Assembly (NCBI GenBank): GCA_035549315.1
Contig: DASZRC010000027.1
Location: 4,514-68,513 of the forward strand
Direction of reading: 5' to 3'
DNA: 64,000 nucleotides
From: Patescibacteria group bacterium
GTDB taxonomy: Bacteria; Patescibacteriota; Microgenomatia; Levybacterales; GWA1-39-11
The position numbers and the translations under genes are program-made. Of the stretch, positions 1 through 10,492 are shown one piece after another. The stretch's first letter is position 1. Each line of letters opens with the position of its first letter. Below the pieces are notes generated by a model. The model was not told where the DNA came from. It did not search any database and saw only the letters and a list, made by a program, of their open reading frames with translations.

Positions 1-530
1 ATTTATTTCATCTGGCTTGGCTCCGCGCCTTTCAGCTGTATCTCTTGTTAATTTTTCTGCTGCTCTCAAAACCTGCCTTTGTCTTGCAGACAGTTCCTCT
101 ATCTTTGATTTTCTTTCTGATTCTGAAAGCCCATCAAGAATACTAGACAATCTACTATCTCCAACAATAAAATCAAATGCATCCATTACCGTACCTGTGT
201 TGTTGTATCTTAAAGTTTCACCAATAAAACCGCGATTTAAATTCTCCGGAGGCTCAACTTCATTTGCCACTCTCCATAAGTCATGGGTAAAAGGACTTTG
301 GTTGAAACCTCTAAGCTGCACTCTTAGGTTTAACTCCTCCCATTTTCTCTTACCTTGATCATGAATTTTTAAAACGCTCCATCCCAATGCAAAACCAATT
401 TCTGCGGCCACAAAGCTTCTTGCCTATACTCTGCATTAACTGCATCAACAACAAACCTCCCCATCTCTCCGCGATCATTATATGTTGATGGATCTGCTAA
501 TCTAAGTGAGGCTTCTGTATCTCTAACCAT
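1..530 (-). pseudogene. Hypothetical gene, apparently frameshifted and truncated by the window edge
   Basis: ATG at 530, 6 nt after a TAAAAT box, reads MVRDTEASL...WDGAF and stops at about 368 in a TTTTAAAAA run. Another minus frame is open from about 423 to base 1 (…HDQGKRKWEELNLRVQLRGFNQ…). Confidence 0.4.
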
Positions 531-549
531 GACTGAATTTTAACATAAT

Positions 550-842
550 TTATCCTTTGGGGAATACTATTTTTGATCTGGCAATGAGTATTGGAATCAA
601 GCCTTCTTCTCCCTCTCTAATATATCTTGGCTCGGTAACTTCTACCAAGTCTTCCCCATCCGCATATCTATTCCAATGTTTTATTGCCAAGTCCGCTGCA
701 ACTTTTTTCTGTCTTTCCTGCAGGGTTTCAGGGGTATCATTTGCTTTCATTTTCTTCCCTCATGAGTCGCTCTTACCATTCTTTCGAATGTTTTTCCTTC
801 ACCAGAAGCAAGTATTCCTAAACGCGGTGCATCTTTAATCAT
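550..842 (-). pseudogene. purN: PurN (GAR formyltransferase)-like remnant with internal deletion
   Basis: 842-747 encodes MIKDAPRLGILASGEGKTFERMV, like the PurN N-terminal 'xxxLASGxGSN' strand. 750-550 encodes ANDTPETLQERQK, like the PurN C-terminal 'DDTPETLAERV'. The central catalytic region is absent. Divergent from purM. Confidence 0.6.
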
Positions 843-947
843 CTTAACCTTAACTCAATAGAATTATAAATTAAATTTTGTACTTTAGGATATCCAAAAA
901 ATTATTGACTTCTATAGCTTGACTGATAGAATAAACTTATTCTTCAT

Positions 948-2129
948 ATGATACAGGAAAATCCAATAACTTATTCCTCTACTGGTGTTAACTACGATGC
1001 AATGGATCCTTTCAAAAGAAATGCTCAACAAGAAGCAAAAAAAACGTCTGGAAACCTGGAAAGATTTGGTTTTACAGAAGTCGAAAGGAGCCGAGGAGAG
1101 TCTGCTTTTGTAATAGACGAAGGCGACAGATACACCGCTCATGTGGTTGAAGGTCTTGGAACCAAAAATCTTGTTGCAGATGAAGTTAGAAAAATTAGAC
1201 TCCAAGATCAATCAGATATTGCATACAACACAGGAAGAATCACAAGAAATACATACTACGACAAAATCGCAAAAGATAATGTTGCAATGATCATAAATGA
1301 CCTTCTTACCGTTGGAGCAGATCCCGTTGTTGTTAATGCATATTGTGCCGTTGGAAGTTCCGATTGGTTCGATGATGAAGAAAGATCAAATGATTTAACC
1401 AGGGGCATAAGAGAAGCGGTTGATGAGGCTGGCGCAGTATGGGGAGGAGGAGAAACCCCAACCCTAAAAGGAATTGTAAACCCAGAAACTATTGATCTTG
1501 CAGGAAGCGCATATGGAGTTATAAAACCGAAAGAAAGATTAACCTTGGGGGACAAGCTAAAACCTGGGGATGCTATTATCTTAGTGGGAAGCAGCGGAAT
1601 ACATGCTAACGGATTAACTCTGGCACGAACACTTGCAGAAAATATTTCAAAAAAAGATGAAGTTAGCCTAGCCGAAGCCTACGCAACACAAATCTCCGAT
1701 GGGACAATGTACGGAGAGGCATTACTTGAACCAACTCATATATATGCATCTCTCATAAGAGATCTTTTTGAGTCTGGAATTGATATTCATTATATGGCAA
1801 ATATTACTGGCCATGGATGGAGAAAAATAATGAGATGCGAAAAGGATTTAACATATAATATTGAGCGAATTCCCCAACCTCAACCAATTTTCGAGTTTAT
1901 TCAGCAAGAATCCGGGAATGACGATTATGAAATGTATGGAAATTACAATATGGGTGCTGGTTTCGCTATATTTGTTCCTCGGGAAATGGTTGAAGATGTA
2001 CTAAAAATTGGTGGAGAGAATCATGGATTTGATATGCTACACGCCGGGCAAGTTGAAGAAGGACCAAGACAAGTAAACATTAAACCACTAGGTTTGACTT
2101 ATGGGGCAGAAACACTAGGGGTTAGATAA
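948..2129 (+). CDS. purM: Phosphoribosylformylglycinamidine cyclo-ligase (AIR synthetase)
   Basis: Motifs TYSSTGVNYD, EGLGTK, GGETPTL, SSGIHANG, NITGHG, NMGAGF. Confidence 0.92.
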   Translation: MIQENPITYSSTGVNYDAMDPFKRNAQQEAKKTSGNLERFGFTEVERSRGESAFVIDEGDRYTAHVVEGLGTKNLVADEVRKIRLQDQSDIAYNTGRITRNTYYDKIAKDNVAMIINDLLTVGADPVVVNAYCAVGSSDWFDDEERSNDLTRGIREAVDEAGAVWGGGETPTLKGIVNPETIDLAGSAYGVIKPKERLTLGDKLKPGDAIILVGSSGIHANGLTLARTLAENISKKDEVSLAEAYATQISDGTMYGEALLEPTHIYASLIRDLFESGIDIHYMANITGHGWRKIMRCEKDLTYNIERIPQPQPIFEFIQQESGNDDYEMYGNYNMGAGFAIFVPREMVEDVLKIGGENHGFDMLHAGQVEEGPRQVNIKPLGLTYGAETLGVR

Positions 2130-2139
2130 TCCAAATTGA

Positions 2140-3792
2140 TTACATGTTGAGTTTTGGACCGTCCATTATTTCTCCAATTTGTCCTAAGATTTTATCTTTG
2201 TTTCCAAACTTTTTAAGAACCGCAATTACATAATAAGCTTCTTTAATATCAAAGAGCCAAGTAAAGAAAACGTATGCTACTATACCAAAAAGTGATGCAA
2301 TCCCGGTAAGAATAAGGAGGTTAAAAGTTTTTGTTGTATCAAAAACCAATTGGTCAAGTAATTTTATTGGCACATATACTGCAACCCCCATAACTACAGT
2401 TGAAATAAATATTTTAAGAAAACTAATTGCCATATCCATCTTTGGCAATTCTACTTTTTTATTAAAGTAATAAATCATAGCAATAGTTGCTGCAATTGTT
2501 CCAATGGAAAATGAAAATGCCAGTGAATAAATTGGAAGATGATAGACAAGTACAAAAAGATATGAAAGCGCAATATTAACAAGGACTGAAAAGATAGTTA
2601 TATAAAGCGGCGTTCTTGAATCTTTGTATGCATAAAAGGCGCGGGACAAAAGATAAATAATGGCGCTCCCCGCAATTGATATAGAAAAATAAGCAAGAGT
2701 TAAACCCGTATCAACGGTTGCATCCCAATCAAACCTTGAAGCTCCAAAAAATAAGCGGACAAGAGGAATTCTAAGAACTATAAGAAGTGCTGCAAGCGGC
2801 ATTGTGAGATAAAGTATCTGGTTAAAAGAACTTACAAAAATTTCCAAAAATCCTTTTTTGTCCTCATACTTTAATGACATAGCGGGAAAAGAAGCTTGAG
2901 CTATAGATTGACCAATAAGAAGGACCGGTGCCATTGCAAGAGTTTGGGCCAAATCAAAAACAACTAAAGATCTTGCAGAAATAAATGATGCAAAAAATAC
3001 ATTTGCCGTCGCTGTCATCTGAGTAACTATGAGCGTCATAGTCCTTGGAACCATAAGTCTTCCAAGCTTTATAAGACCTTGGCTAAATTGGAGAACCATA
3101 GTAAATCTAAAGCCGGCAAAGAAAACCAATGGCAGCTGAAGTATAAAGAAGAAAATAGATCCTATTAATACTCCTATCGTTGCCCCATATATTCCAAACC
3201 CTAGAAAATAAGAAAAAATAATTAGACCCAAAATTATTCCAAAGTTATAAAAAGCTGTTGCGATACCGGGAATTAAAAAATGCTGGAAGGATTGAAGTAT
3301 TGCTGTAAATATTGTTCCCAAAATAAAAAATATTTGTGAGAGCTGAATTATTATCATAAGATTTGCCATTAAAGTCAGCTCTCTTGGTGAAAACCCCGGA
3401 GCAATTAAGGAACAAAGCTGGTATGCAAAAACTATAGTTATGGCAGAAATTACCATAAAGAAAATCATTCCAATAAAAATAAGCTCAGAAGTAAAACCAA
3501 AGGCTTCCTTTTTCTTACCCTTTGCTACGTATTCAGTAAAAATTGGGATAAAAGAAGCAGACAATGCACCTGCCACAACAACCTGAAAAATAAAATCCGG
3601 GATCCTAAAGGCTGCAAAGAACACACCAAGGTCGGAAGAAGCTCCAAAAAGAGAAACAAGCAATCTATATTTAAGTATGCCCAAGAACTGTGAAAAAACG
3701 GTGGTAAGGATTATGAAAGTGGCCGCTGTAAAAATATTGGTTTGGCGGGAAACTATTGCCTCTATACTTTTTTTTACAATATCTTTGACCAT
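2140..3792 (-). CDS. murJ: Lipid II flippase MurJ/MviN
   Basis: FFAAFRIPDFIF, GALSASFIPIF and RAFYA.KD.RTP motifs; about 14 TM segments. ATG at 3792 chosen as start. Confidence 0.92.
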   Translation of the reverse strand: MVKDIVKKSIEAIVSRQTNIFTAATFIILTTVFSQFLGILKYRLLVSLFGASSDLGVFFAAFRIPDFIFQVVVAGALSASFIPIFTEYVAKGKKKEAFGFTSELIFIGMIFFMVISAITIVFAYQLCSLIAPGFSPRELTLMANLMIIIQLSQIFFILGTIFTAILQSFQHFLIPGIATAFYNFGIILGLIIFSYFLGFGIYGATIGVLIGSIFFFILQLPLVFFAGFRFTMVLQFSQGLIKLGRLMVPRTMTLIVTQMTATANVFFASFISARSLVVFDLAQTLAMAPVLLIGQSIAQASFPAMSLKYEDKKGFLEIFVSSFNQILYLTMPLAALLIVLRIPLVRLFFGASRFDWDATVDTGLTLAYFSISIAGSAIIYLLSRAFYAYKDSRTPLYITIFSVLVNIALSYLFVLVYHLPIYSLAFSFSIGTIAATIAMIYYFNKKVELPKMDMAISFLKIFISTVVMGVAVYVPIKLLDQLVFDTTKTFNLLILTGIASLFGIVAYVFFTWLFDIKEAYYVIAVLKKFGNKDKILGQIGEIMDGPKLNM

Positions 3793-3912
3793 ATATATAA
3801 AATGACCAAACGCCAAATTCCAATTTACAAATATTTATGGAAGGTTTTGCAAATTGTCCCCGGCGTGGCCAATATTCTTGTATTTATAAGTATAACATGC
3901 TAAAATTGCCAC

Positions 3913-4239
3913 ATGCCAGTAATAAAATCTGCAATTAAGAAACTAAGAAAAGACGTGAAAAGAGAAAAAAGAAATTCTCAATTTCGCGCAGAACTTGATA
4001 AGGCAATAAATTCTGCAAAGAAATCAAAGACAGAAAAAACCGTTAAAGAGGCCATTTCTGCTGTTGATAAAGCAGTTAAAAAGAACCTTCTTCACCAAAA
4101 CAAAGCCGGAAGAATGAAGTCTTCTTTATCAAAACTTGCAAAGATTGGCGCAACCAAAGCAAAAACCACAACAAAAGAGACAGTAAAAACTGTTAAAAAA
4201 GCAGTTGCTCCCAAAGCCCCTAAGAAATCTGCTAAATAA
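3913..4239 (+). CDS. rpsT: 30S ribosomal protein S20 with Lys/Ala/Thr-rich C-terminal tail
   Basis: MPVIKSAIKKLR…VDKAVKKNLLHQNKAGRMKSSL. Confidence 0.95.
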   Translation: MPVIKSAIKKLRKDVKREKRNSQFRAELDKAINSAKKSKTEKTVKEAISAVDKAVKKNLLHQNKAGRMKSSLSKLAKIGATKAKTTTKETVKTVKKAVAPKAPKKSAK

Positions 4240-4371
4240 GCTCATTCTCAGATATAAAATGTTGACTTGTCGCATTTAGTAATTCGCATATTTGCTGCTT
4301 CTAAATAATTGCAGGAAAATTGAAGCTAATTTTGCTTTGACAAAACACCCCAAAATCTCTAAACTAAATTT

Positions 4372-4935
4372 ATGGCGAATTCACCTCATGTGAAGATTAA
4401 TCTTATTGGCAAGAGCGAAGTATCCTTTAGGGATGACATACTCAAGTGGGCAATAAGCGTGGGAAGAATCATTATAGTTGTTACAGAACTTGTAGCCGTA
4501 GGGGCGCTAGCCTACAGATTTACCATAGATAGAAAAATAGTTGACCTCCACGATCAAATAAAAAAAGCGGATCTTTTTGTAGAAGCTCAGGCAGCAAAGG
4601 AAGCAGACTACAGAAGCATTCAAAACAGGCTTGCTAATATTAAAACAATAGATACTGATGCTGAAAACAAAATCTCTATCATGAAAGAAATCCTCGCCTC
4701 TATGTCTACCGGAGATTTTTCGTCTACAAATCTAACCGTTAGCCAAAAATCTATAAACATAAATGGTGTAGCCTTTTCCATTTTCCCAATAAACAATTTT
4801 ATAGAGGAGCTTAAGAAAAATCCCAATGTTACCTCTATCAGCCTTGATGACATATCAAGCACAGATGAAGGGGTTAAATTTAAAATGACAATTGAATTAA
4901 AGCAAACAACAAATTTACCAGATGAAACTAACTAA
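4372..4935 (+). CDS. pilN: Type IV pilus assembly PilN-like protein
   Basis: N-terminal INL motif, single TM, coiled coil, then a ferredoxin-like C-terminus; upstream of a pilO-like gene. Confidence 0.65.
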   Translation: MANSPHVKINLIGKSEVSFRDDILKWAISVGRIIIVVTELVAVGALAYRFTIDRKIVDLHDQIKKADLFVEAQAAKEADYRSIQNRLANIKTIDTDAENKISIMKEILASMSTGDFSSTNLTVSQKSININGVAFSIFPINNFIEELKKNPNVTSISLDDISSTDEGVKFKMTIELKQTTNLPDETN

Positions 4936-5533
4936 TATTACCCAAACCATAAGAAGTCTTTCAGATAAATACATTGGGAGACTAACTGATACCCAAAAAA
5001 AACAAATAATTGGGTATATTTATATAATCTTGACCCTTATCACCGTTTCTTTCTTTGGCCTTTTTGCTATTGCGCCTACTCTTTCTACCATTGGAAACCT
5101 TAATAAACAATACCAAGACAGCAAGCTTGTTTATGATGCACTAAATAAAAAATTAACAAACCTGCAGCTACTAGACAATGAATACAAAGATATTCAAACC
5201 GATCTACCAATAATCTATACTGCTGTTCCCCAGACTACAAAAATTCCAGAGCTAACAAGAAAGCTAGAAGATGTAGCGACCTTAAACAATGTAACAGTAT
5301 CAAGGCTTACCTTTGGAGAAGTTGAAGTTTATCCAAATTCTAAAAAAAGCCCAATATATTCTTTCACCTTCACTATTGGGGTTGTGGGAACTCAGCAAAA
5401 TGTTAATAACTTTATAGAAAGCGTGATTGATTTTGACAGAATAATAGGTATTGATAAGATAATCACGGGTGTTGACCAAGAAGGAAAATACACAGCCCAA
5501 GTTACAGGAAGGGCTTACTTTGTTACAAAATAA
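4922..5533 (+). CDS. pilO: Type IV pilus assembly PilO-like protein
   Basis: TM, coiled coil, 'AVPQTTKIPEL' and 'FIESVIDFDRIIGI' PilO-type pattern. Confidence 0.7.
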   Translation: MKLTNITQTIRSLSDKYIGRLTDTQKKQIIGYIYIILTLITVSFFGLFAIAPTLSTIGNLNKQYQDSKLVYDALNKKLTNLQLLDNEYKDIQTDLPIIYTAVPQTTKIPELTRKLEDVATLNNVTVSRLTFGEVEVYPNSKKSPIYSFTFTIGVVGTQQNVNNFIESVIDFDRIIGIDKIITGVDQEGKYTAQVTGRAYFVTK

Positions 5534-5535
5534 AT

Positions 5536-5853
5536 ATGTTTAACGGACTCAAAGGATTACTATATATTACGCTTCTAACAACAGCTGCTATAATCTCTTG
5601 GATTGCTTTCTCAATTTATCACAGCAATACGGCTTCTACTATTGCGCCTGATACGGCAATTATAATTACGCCAATTCCTGCCCAATTTGACCGTGAAACA
5701 ATTGAAAAACTTAAAACTAAGAAAGTTGTTGAAGTAGATTTGGGAGCACAAAGAGTTGATCTTCCTATAACAACTGATCAAGCAGGAGCATCTAACTCCG
5801 CAAAAACCATAGAAACTCAACAAGCGTCACCATCAGCAGAGGAACAATTATAA
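5536..5853 (+). CDS. Single-TM hypothetical protein in the pil operon
   Basis: Tightly coupled ORF with an N-terminal TM segment. Confidence 0.65.
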   Translation: MFNGLKGLLYITLLTTAAIISWIAFSIYHSNTASTIAPDTAIIITPIPAQFDRETIEKLKTKKVVEVDLGAQRVDLPITTDQAGASNSAKTIETQQASPSAEEQL

Positions 5854-5854
5854 T

Positions 5855-7336
5855 ATGAAAAAAGGATTATGGAATCAAAGAATCCCAACAGTAGTTGCCT
5901 TATTTATACTTTTGGTAGGTATTGGCGTAAGCTCTATCTTTATTCAAAGAGGAGTTAATGTTGTAAGTAGGGCCGGCCCTGAAAAAGTACCCCAAAATGT
6001 AATAATTTCCAACGTAACAGATAGTGCTTTTACTGTTAACTTTACAACAAATAGCCAAACCGTAGCAGCTGTCCAAGTAGAAGATGGCGCAAGTAGTCCT
6101 TTCCTTGTTTATGACGACAGAAACAAAAAAACCGGAGAACAAACTGCTTACTATTCACACTACATTACCGTATCGGATCTTAAACCAACAACAAAATATC
6201 AGTTTTCAATATTATCCGATGGAGAAACTTACCTTTTGAATGGAAATAAATACACCATTACAACGGGTACCAAAATAACAAACTCTCCGCCCACCCAATC
6301 TCCTATTGCGGGTAAAATATTACTTCCCCAAGGAGGAGAAGCAAGTGACACAATTGTTGAACTAAGGGTTCCCAATGCGGAAAGAATAACTGCCCTAACC
6401 CAAACCAATGGGAATTATATATTACCTACCAATTCAATCAGGAATAACACATTAACAGACTATATAACTTTGAGCGGAAATGAGGAGTTAACTCTTATTG
6501 CATACAGACAAAATCTTAAAACAGAAACTAAAATTGTTTATAAGCCAAATCTCACAATTCCGCCAATAACACTTGAACAGCAATATGACTTTACAGATAT
6601 ATCAAACATTGAGGAATCAACTGTATCTTCTCAACTAAAAGCTCCACTTACACAAAATACGAGCAGCACAACCGTATCAATATCTGTTCCGGCAAATTCA
6701 CAATCATTTGTTGATAGCCAACCATCATTTAGAGGAACAGGGGTGGCAGGGAAAACAGTATCTATCTCTATTGATCCGGGACCAATAACGGCATCTGTTA
6801 CTGTTGGGAGCAATGGGTCCTGGACGTACAGACCAAGTCAACCATTAGACATAGGTGACCACAAGATTAATATTCAGAGCCAAGACAAAACCGGAATAAC
6901 TAAAAGTGTTTCAAAAAGCTTTAGTATTTTTGCTGCAGGGTCTCAAATTGCAGGATCCGGTCCCACAACTACACCTACGCCAAAAGTATCACCAACACCA
7001 AAACCAACAGCAAAACCTGCAAGTAGCCCTACTCCAACTCCTGCTGTTGCAACTCCTACTCTTGCTGTTACGCCAACACTGGGCCTAAGTCCTACTCCAA
7101 CTATTTCCCTGTCTCCAACACCAACGTCAACCGTAAGCGGAACACCAATACCAACAGCAACTATTATTCCTACGGCAACCCTTGTTCCGCCAACGGCAAC
7201 ACCAACACAAATTGTTATAAACACACCACCACCAATTGCAACACCTCCACCAACCGGAAATACAACGCCAATTTTATTAACTGCGGTTTCTGTTATCTTA
7301 ATAATTGCCGGGGGAGCACTTCTATTTATGCTTTAG
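5855..7336 (+). CDS. Surface protein: FN3 and Ig-like domains, Pro/Thr stalk, PPTG plus C-terminal TM anchor
   Basis: 'VSDLKPTTKYQF' (FN3), 'GSNGSWTY' (bacterial Ig), a PT-rich stretch and a hydrophobic C-terminus. Confidence 0.8.
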   Translation: MKKGLWNQRIPTVVALFILLVGIGVSSIFIQRGVNVVSRAGPEKVPQNVIISNVTDSAFTVNFTTNSQTVAAVQVEDGASSPFLVYDDRNKKTGEQTAYYSHYITVSDLKPTTKYQFSILSDGETYLLNGNKYTITTGTKITNSPPTQSPIAGKILLPQGGEASDTIVELRVPNAERITALTQTNGNYILPTNSIRNNTLTDYITLSGNEELTLIAYRQNLKTETKIVYKPNLTIPPITLEQQYDFTDISNIEESTVSSQLKAPLTQNTSSTTVSISVPANSQSFVDSQPSFRGTGVAGKTVSISIDPGPITASVTVGSNGSWTYRPSQPLDIGDHKINIQSQDKTGITKSVSKSFSIFAAGSQIAGSGPTTTPTPKVSPTPKPTAKPASSPTPTPAVATPTLAVTPTLGLSPTPTISLSPTPTSTVSGTPIPTATIIPTATLVPPTATPTQIVINTPPPIATPPPTGNTTPILLTAVSVILIIAGGALLFML

Positions 7337-9061
7337 TTTAAAGACGTAGAAGTTATCTATTTTTTTTACTAAAGATAATTTATTATTTTCATTGAGTTCA
7401 TTAACTATTTCCATACCGTCTTCTTTTTCTTCTCTTTTTGAAAATCCCAAATCATACGTTTTTTTATCTACAATAATGTAATCAAGTTTTAATAGAGCCA
7501 ATTTTTCTATAGACTTTTTATTTGGAAAGTTAATATGTAGGTAGGAAACACTATTCTGCCACGGGGGCGGAGAAAATCCACTTGATCCATTAACCATTGC
7601 CCTGTATTCAACGGTTGAATAAAACTCTCGTTCTATCTCCATCCCATTGCCCCACATATTCCAATTAAAGATTGGCATAATTATTATCTTTGAGTTTGTG
7701 GGAAGGCTATTAAGATATGAATAAATTTTGGGAAAATTTTTTGCTTGGAGCGCAGGATAAAATTGCATTGGGAAATTATATTCTAGAACTATCAATAGAA
7801 TTAATAATCCAAAAAAAGTGTTACCAATATTTTTTACTTTCTTCTTGGAAAAATCTGCCAACATATATGCAATGACCGGGGCAATAAAAATGATAGACAT
7901 CATTTCAAAACGGGAAGAATTTCTAAACCCCTTAAAGCCTGGCGCTAAATAATAAAATGGTAAATAAGGAAGAGGTATGGGCAAAGGATGATGGATAGTA
8001 ACCCTTCCAAAATGGAGAAAAGGACCAAAACTTAGAAGCAATCCAAGAATTGATGCTATCAAAAATATATTTATAATCCCATTATTTTTATTTTTCCTAT
8101 TTTTTGCTACATATATTAAAGCGCAAATTGATAGAACTGTAAAAACAAAACCAAGATACCCCGTTTTTATTTCTGCATTTTCAGGATATTTATTTCTATT
8201 ACTTAAATAAAGTAAGGGCTTTTGTAATCTTGTAGTTTCGTTTGGGTATAAAAGATCTTCCGGTTGTAATGCAAAATGTATAGTATCCCTTATATCTCTT
8301 GTATAACTGAACTCTTTTGAGACTTGATAATAAGGGATTACAAAAGGCAGTATGGCAACAATGGCGCCTAACAGTAAAAGTAAAATTTTTTTATCTTTAA
8401 ATAAAATAAATTTGGCTCCATCAAAAAAATAAACATAAGTAAAATAGACAAAATAAAACAAGATCAAAAAATAACCTGCCATAAAACAGTTATAAATCTG
8501 AATAACTGAGAAAATAACTGCAAGGCTAATAAATTTAAATTGTTTTGACCTAACAAAATTTAGGAAAAAAATAATTGAAAATGGAATCCATTCTAAAGCA
8601 AGCATCTGCAGATGGATTCTCTTGTCTAAAACCGCGGGAGAAAAAACCACCAAAAAACCGGCAATAAGACTTGTTGCAAAATTTTTAGTTAAATAATAGC
8701 TTAAAAGGAAAATTCCAAAAGGTAATAATATTAAAGAAACAATCATAGTAAAATTTATTGCAACAATTGGCTCACGTGTTATTAGGACAATTGGTGCTGC
8801 CATAATGCTTGAAATTAAATGAAGATCCGAATAAGCAAGCGTGTTTGTGTAAGGATAGTAGATATTTGCTTGAAAAAGACTTAGGGGATTTGTTATCAAT
8901 GCATGAATTACCCAGTTCATGATCCAGGAAATAACCAATTCATCACCAAATCCGGTGGTTAGACTTCCAAGATTAACAATTAGAGGATATGTAATATAAA
9001 CTGAGGCAGCAATAAAAATAAAAAACGCCAATATAATTTTTCCTAAATTTGTTTTGAGCAT
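7322..9061 (-). CDS. Polytopic membrane glycosyltransferase-like protein (GT-C/YfhO-like)
   Basis: Many TM segments; GDE in the first loop; 'NIYYPYTNTLAYSD', 'FRNSSRF' and 'VNGSSGFSP'. Confidence 0.7.
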   Translation of the reverse strand: MLKTNLGKIILAFFIFIAASVYITYPLIVNLGSLTTGFGDELVISWIMNWVIHALITNPLSLFQANIYYPYTNTLAYSDLHLISSIMAAPIVLITREPIVAINFTMIVSLILLPFGIFLLSYYLTKNFATSLIAGFLVVFSPAVLDKRIHLQMLALEWIPFSIIFFLNFVRSKQFKFISLAVIFSVIQIYNCFMAGYFLILFYFVYFTYVYFFDGAKFILFKDKKILLLLLGAIVAILPFVIPYYQVSKEFSYTRDIRDTIHFALQPEDLLYPNETTRLQKPLLYLSNRNKYPENAEIKTGYLGFVFTVLSICALIYVAKNRKNKNNGIINIFLIASILGLLLSFGPFLHFGRVTIHHPLPIPLPYLPFYYLAPGFKGFRNSSRFEMMSIIFIAPVIAYMLADFSKKKVKNIGNTFFGLLILLIVLEYNFPMQFYPALQAKNFPKIYSYLNSLPTNSKIIIMPIFNWNMWGNGMEIEREFYSTVEYRAMVNGSSGFSPPPWQNSVSYLHINFPNKKSIEKLALLKLDYIIVDKKTYDLGFSKREEKEDGMEIVNELNENNKLSLVKKIDNFYVFKLKHK

Positions 9062-9208
9062 TTTACACTCAGTAGTATATATCAAAATCTGATAAAATTA
9101 CTCTTATTCACCCCATTAAATATTTTTGGTATTATTTATGGAATTAAAAATTGAGACTATGACTAATTTGTATTTATTGATCAGAACGAAAGGAGAAGTT
9201 TTTAGGGG

Positions 9209-10492
9209 ATGAAAATTGGTATTGTTGGAGCGGGATTTACGGGCCTTGCTGCTGCCTACTATCTTTCAAAGGAGGGGCATAAGGTAACAATTATAGAGAT
9301 GGGAGAAAAACCCGGAGGGCTAGCAATAGGCTACAAAGAAAAAGAATGGGATTGGACCCTAGAAGAACACTACCACCATTGGTTTACAAATGACTTTAGC
9401 GTTTTAGACCTAGCAAAAGAAATAGGATATGAGGTAATTATAAAAAGACCAAAAACCTCTAATTTTGTTGAGAATGGTATATACCAACTTGACTCACCAA
9501 TCTCTCTTCTTAAATTTCCAAAGTTAAGTCTTCCCAATAGAATAAGGATGGGAGCATCTTTGGCTTTACTACGCTACAACTTCTTCTGGAAACCTTTTGA
9601 ATTCTTTAAGGCAGAACCATACCTAAAACTATCCATGGGAGAAGAAGGTTATAAAAAACTTTGGAAACCACTTATGGATAACAAACTTGGTGAGTATGCA
9701 AAGGTTGTATCTCTTGCATGGTTTTGGTCTAGAGTCTATAAAAGAACTCCATCTCTTGCATATCCAAAAGGGGGATTTCTAAATTTCGCAAAAGCGCTAG
9801 AGAAAAAAATTGAGGAACAAGGCGGTAAGTTTATTTATAATTCAAAAGTAACAAATCTGGAATCAAATAAAAAAATTAAAATAAGTTTTCAAAAAAATGA
9901 TAAGAAGAGAATTGAACACCTAGAGTTTGATAAAGCACTTGTAACTTCCCCCATCCCAATATTTGCAAAGATTGCGCCGAGCCTTCCAGCGTCTTATGTT
10001 GATAAATACACTAAGCTTCAGGGAATTGGGGCAATCAATTTGGTTATAAGATTTAAGAAACCGTTTCTTCCGGATGATACTTACTGGCTTAGCATGACAG
10101 AGGGAAAATCTCCAATCTTGGCTATAGTTGAACATACAAACTTTATGGATAACAAAGGATACAACAATGAACACATTGTCTATTTTGGGAATTATATGCC
10201 AGCATCTGACCCACGATTTAGTATGAACGAGGATCAAATCCTAAAACTATATGATCCATGGCTTAAGAAGATTAATCCTAAGTACAAAGACGCCATAATT
10301 TCTAAGAAATTATTTAAGGCAGCTTTTGCACAACCAATAATTACAACCAACCACTCAAAGAAAATTCCCCCTATGACTACGCCACTAAAAAACGTTTATC
10401 TTGCCAACATACAACAAGTTTACCCTTGGGATAGAGGGACAAATTATGCAGTAGAATTAGGTAAAAAAGTGTCCAATTTAATTCTCTCCTAA
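9209..10492 (+). CDS. FAD-dependent oxidoreductase (amine oxidase/protoporphyrinogen oxidase-like)
   Basis: IVGAGFTGLAAA Rossmann motif, LEEHYHH, YPWDRGTNYAV. Confidence 0.85.
   Translation: MKIGIVGAGFTGLAAAYYLSKEGHKVTIIEMGEKPGGLAIGYKEKEWDWTLEEHYHHWFTNDFSVLDLAKEIGYEVIIKRPKTSNFVENGIYQLDSPISLLKFPKLSLPNRIRMGASLALLRYNFFWKPFEFFKAEPYLKLSMGEEGYKKLWKPLMDNKLGEYAKVVSLAWFWSRVYKRTPSLAYPKGGFLNFAKALEKKIEEQGGKFIYNSKVTNLESNKKIKISFQKNDKKRIEHLEFDKALVTSPIPIFAKIAPSLPASYVDKYTKLQGIGAINLVIRFKKPFLPDDTYWLSMTEGKSPILAIVEHTNFMDNKGYNNEHIVYFGNYMPASDPRFSMNEDQILKLYDPWLKKINPKYKDAIISKKLFKAAFAQPIITTNHSKKIPPMTTPLKNVYLANIQQVYPWDRGTNYAVELGKKVSNLILS

Noticed and set aside
17-838. Plus-strand ORFs 17..358 and 557..838, and the many short antisense ORFs in the track
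   Set aside because: They are shadows of better-supported genes on the other strand or in another frame, with no motifs.
4140-4239. Lys/Ala/Thr-rich tail on S20
   Set aside because: Low-complexity basic extensions on ribosomal proteins are common, and there is no DNA-level repeat.
6960-7260. Repetitive ACN/CCN DNA
   Set aside because: Explained by the Pro/Thr-rich protein stalk; codons vary freely.
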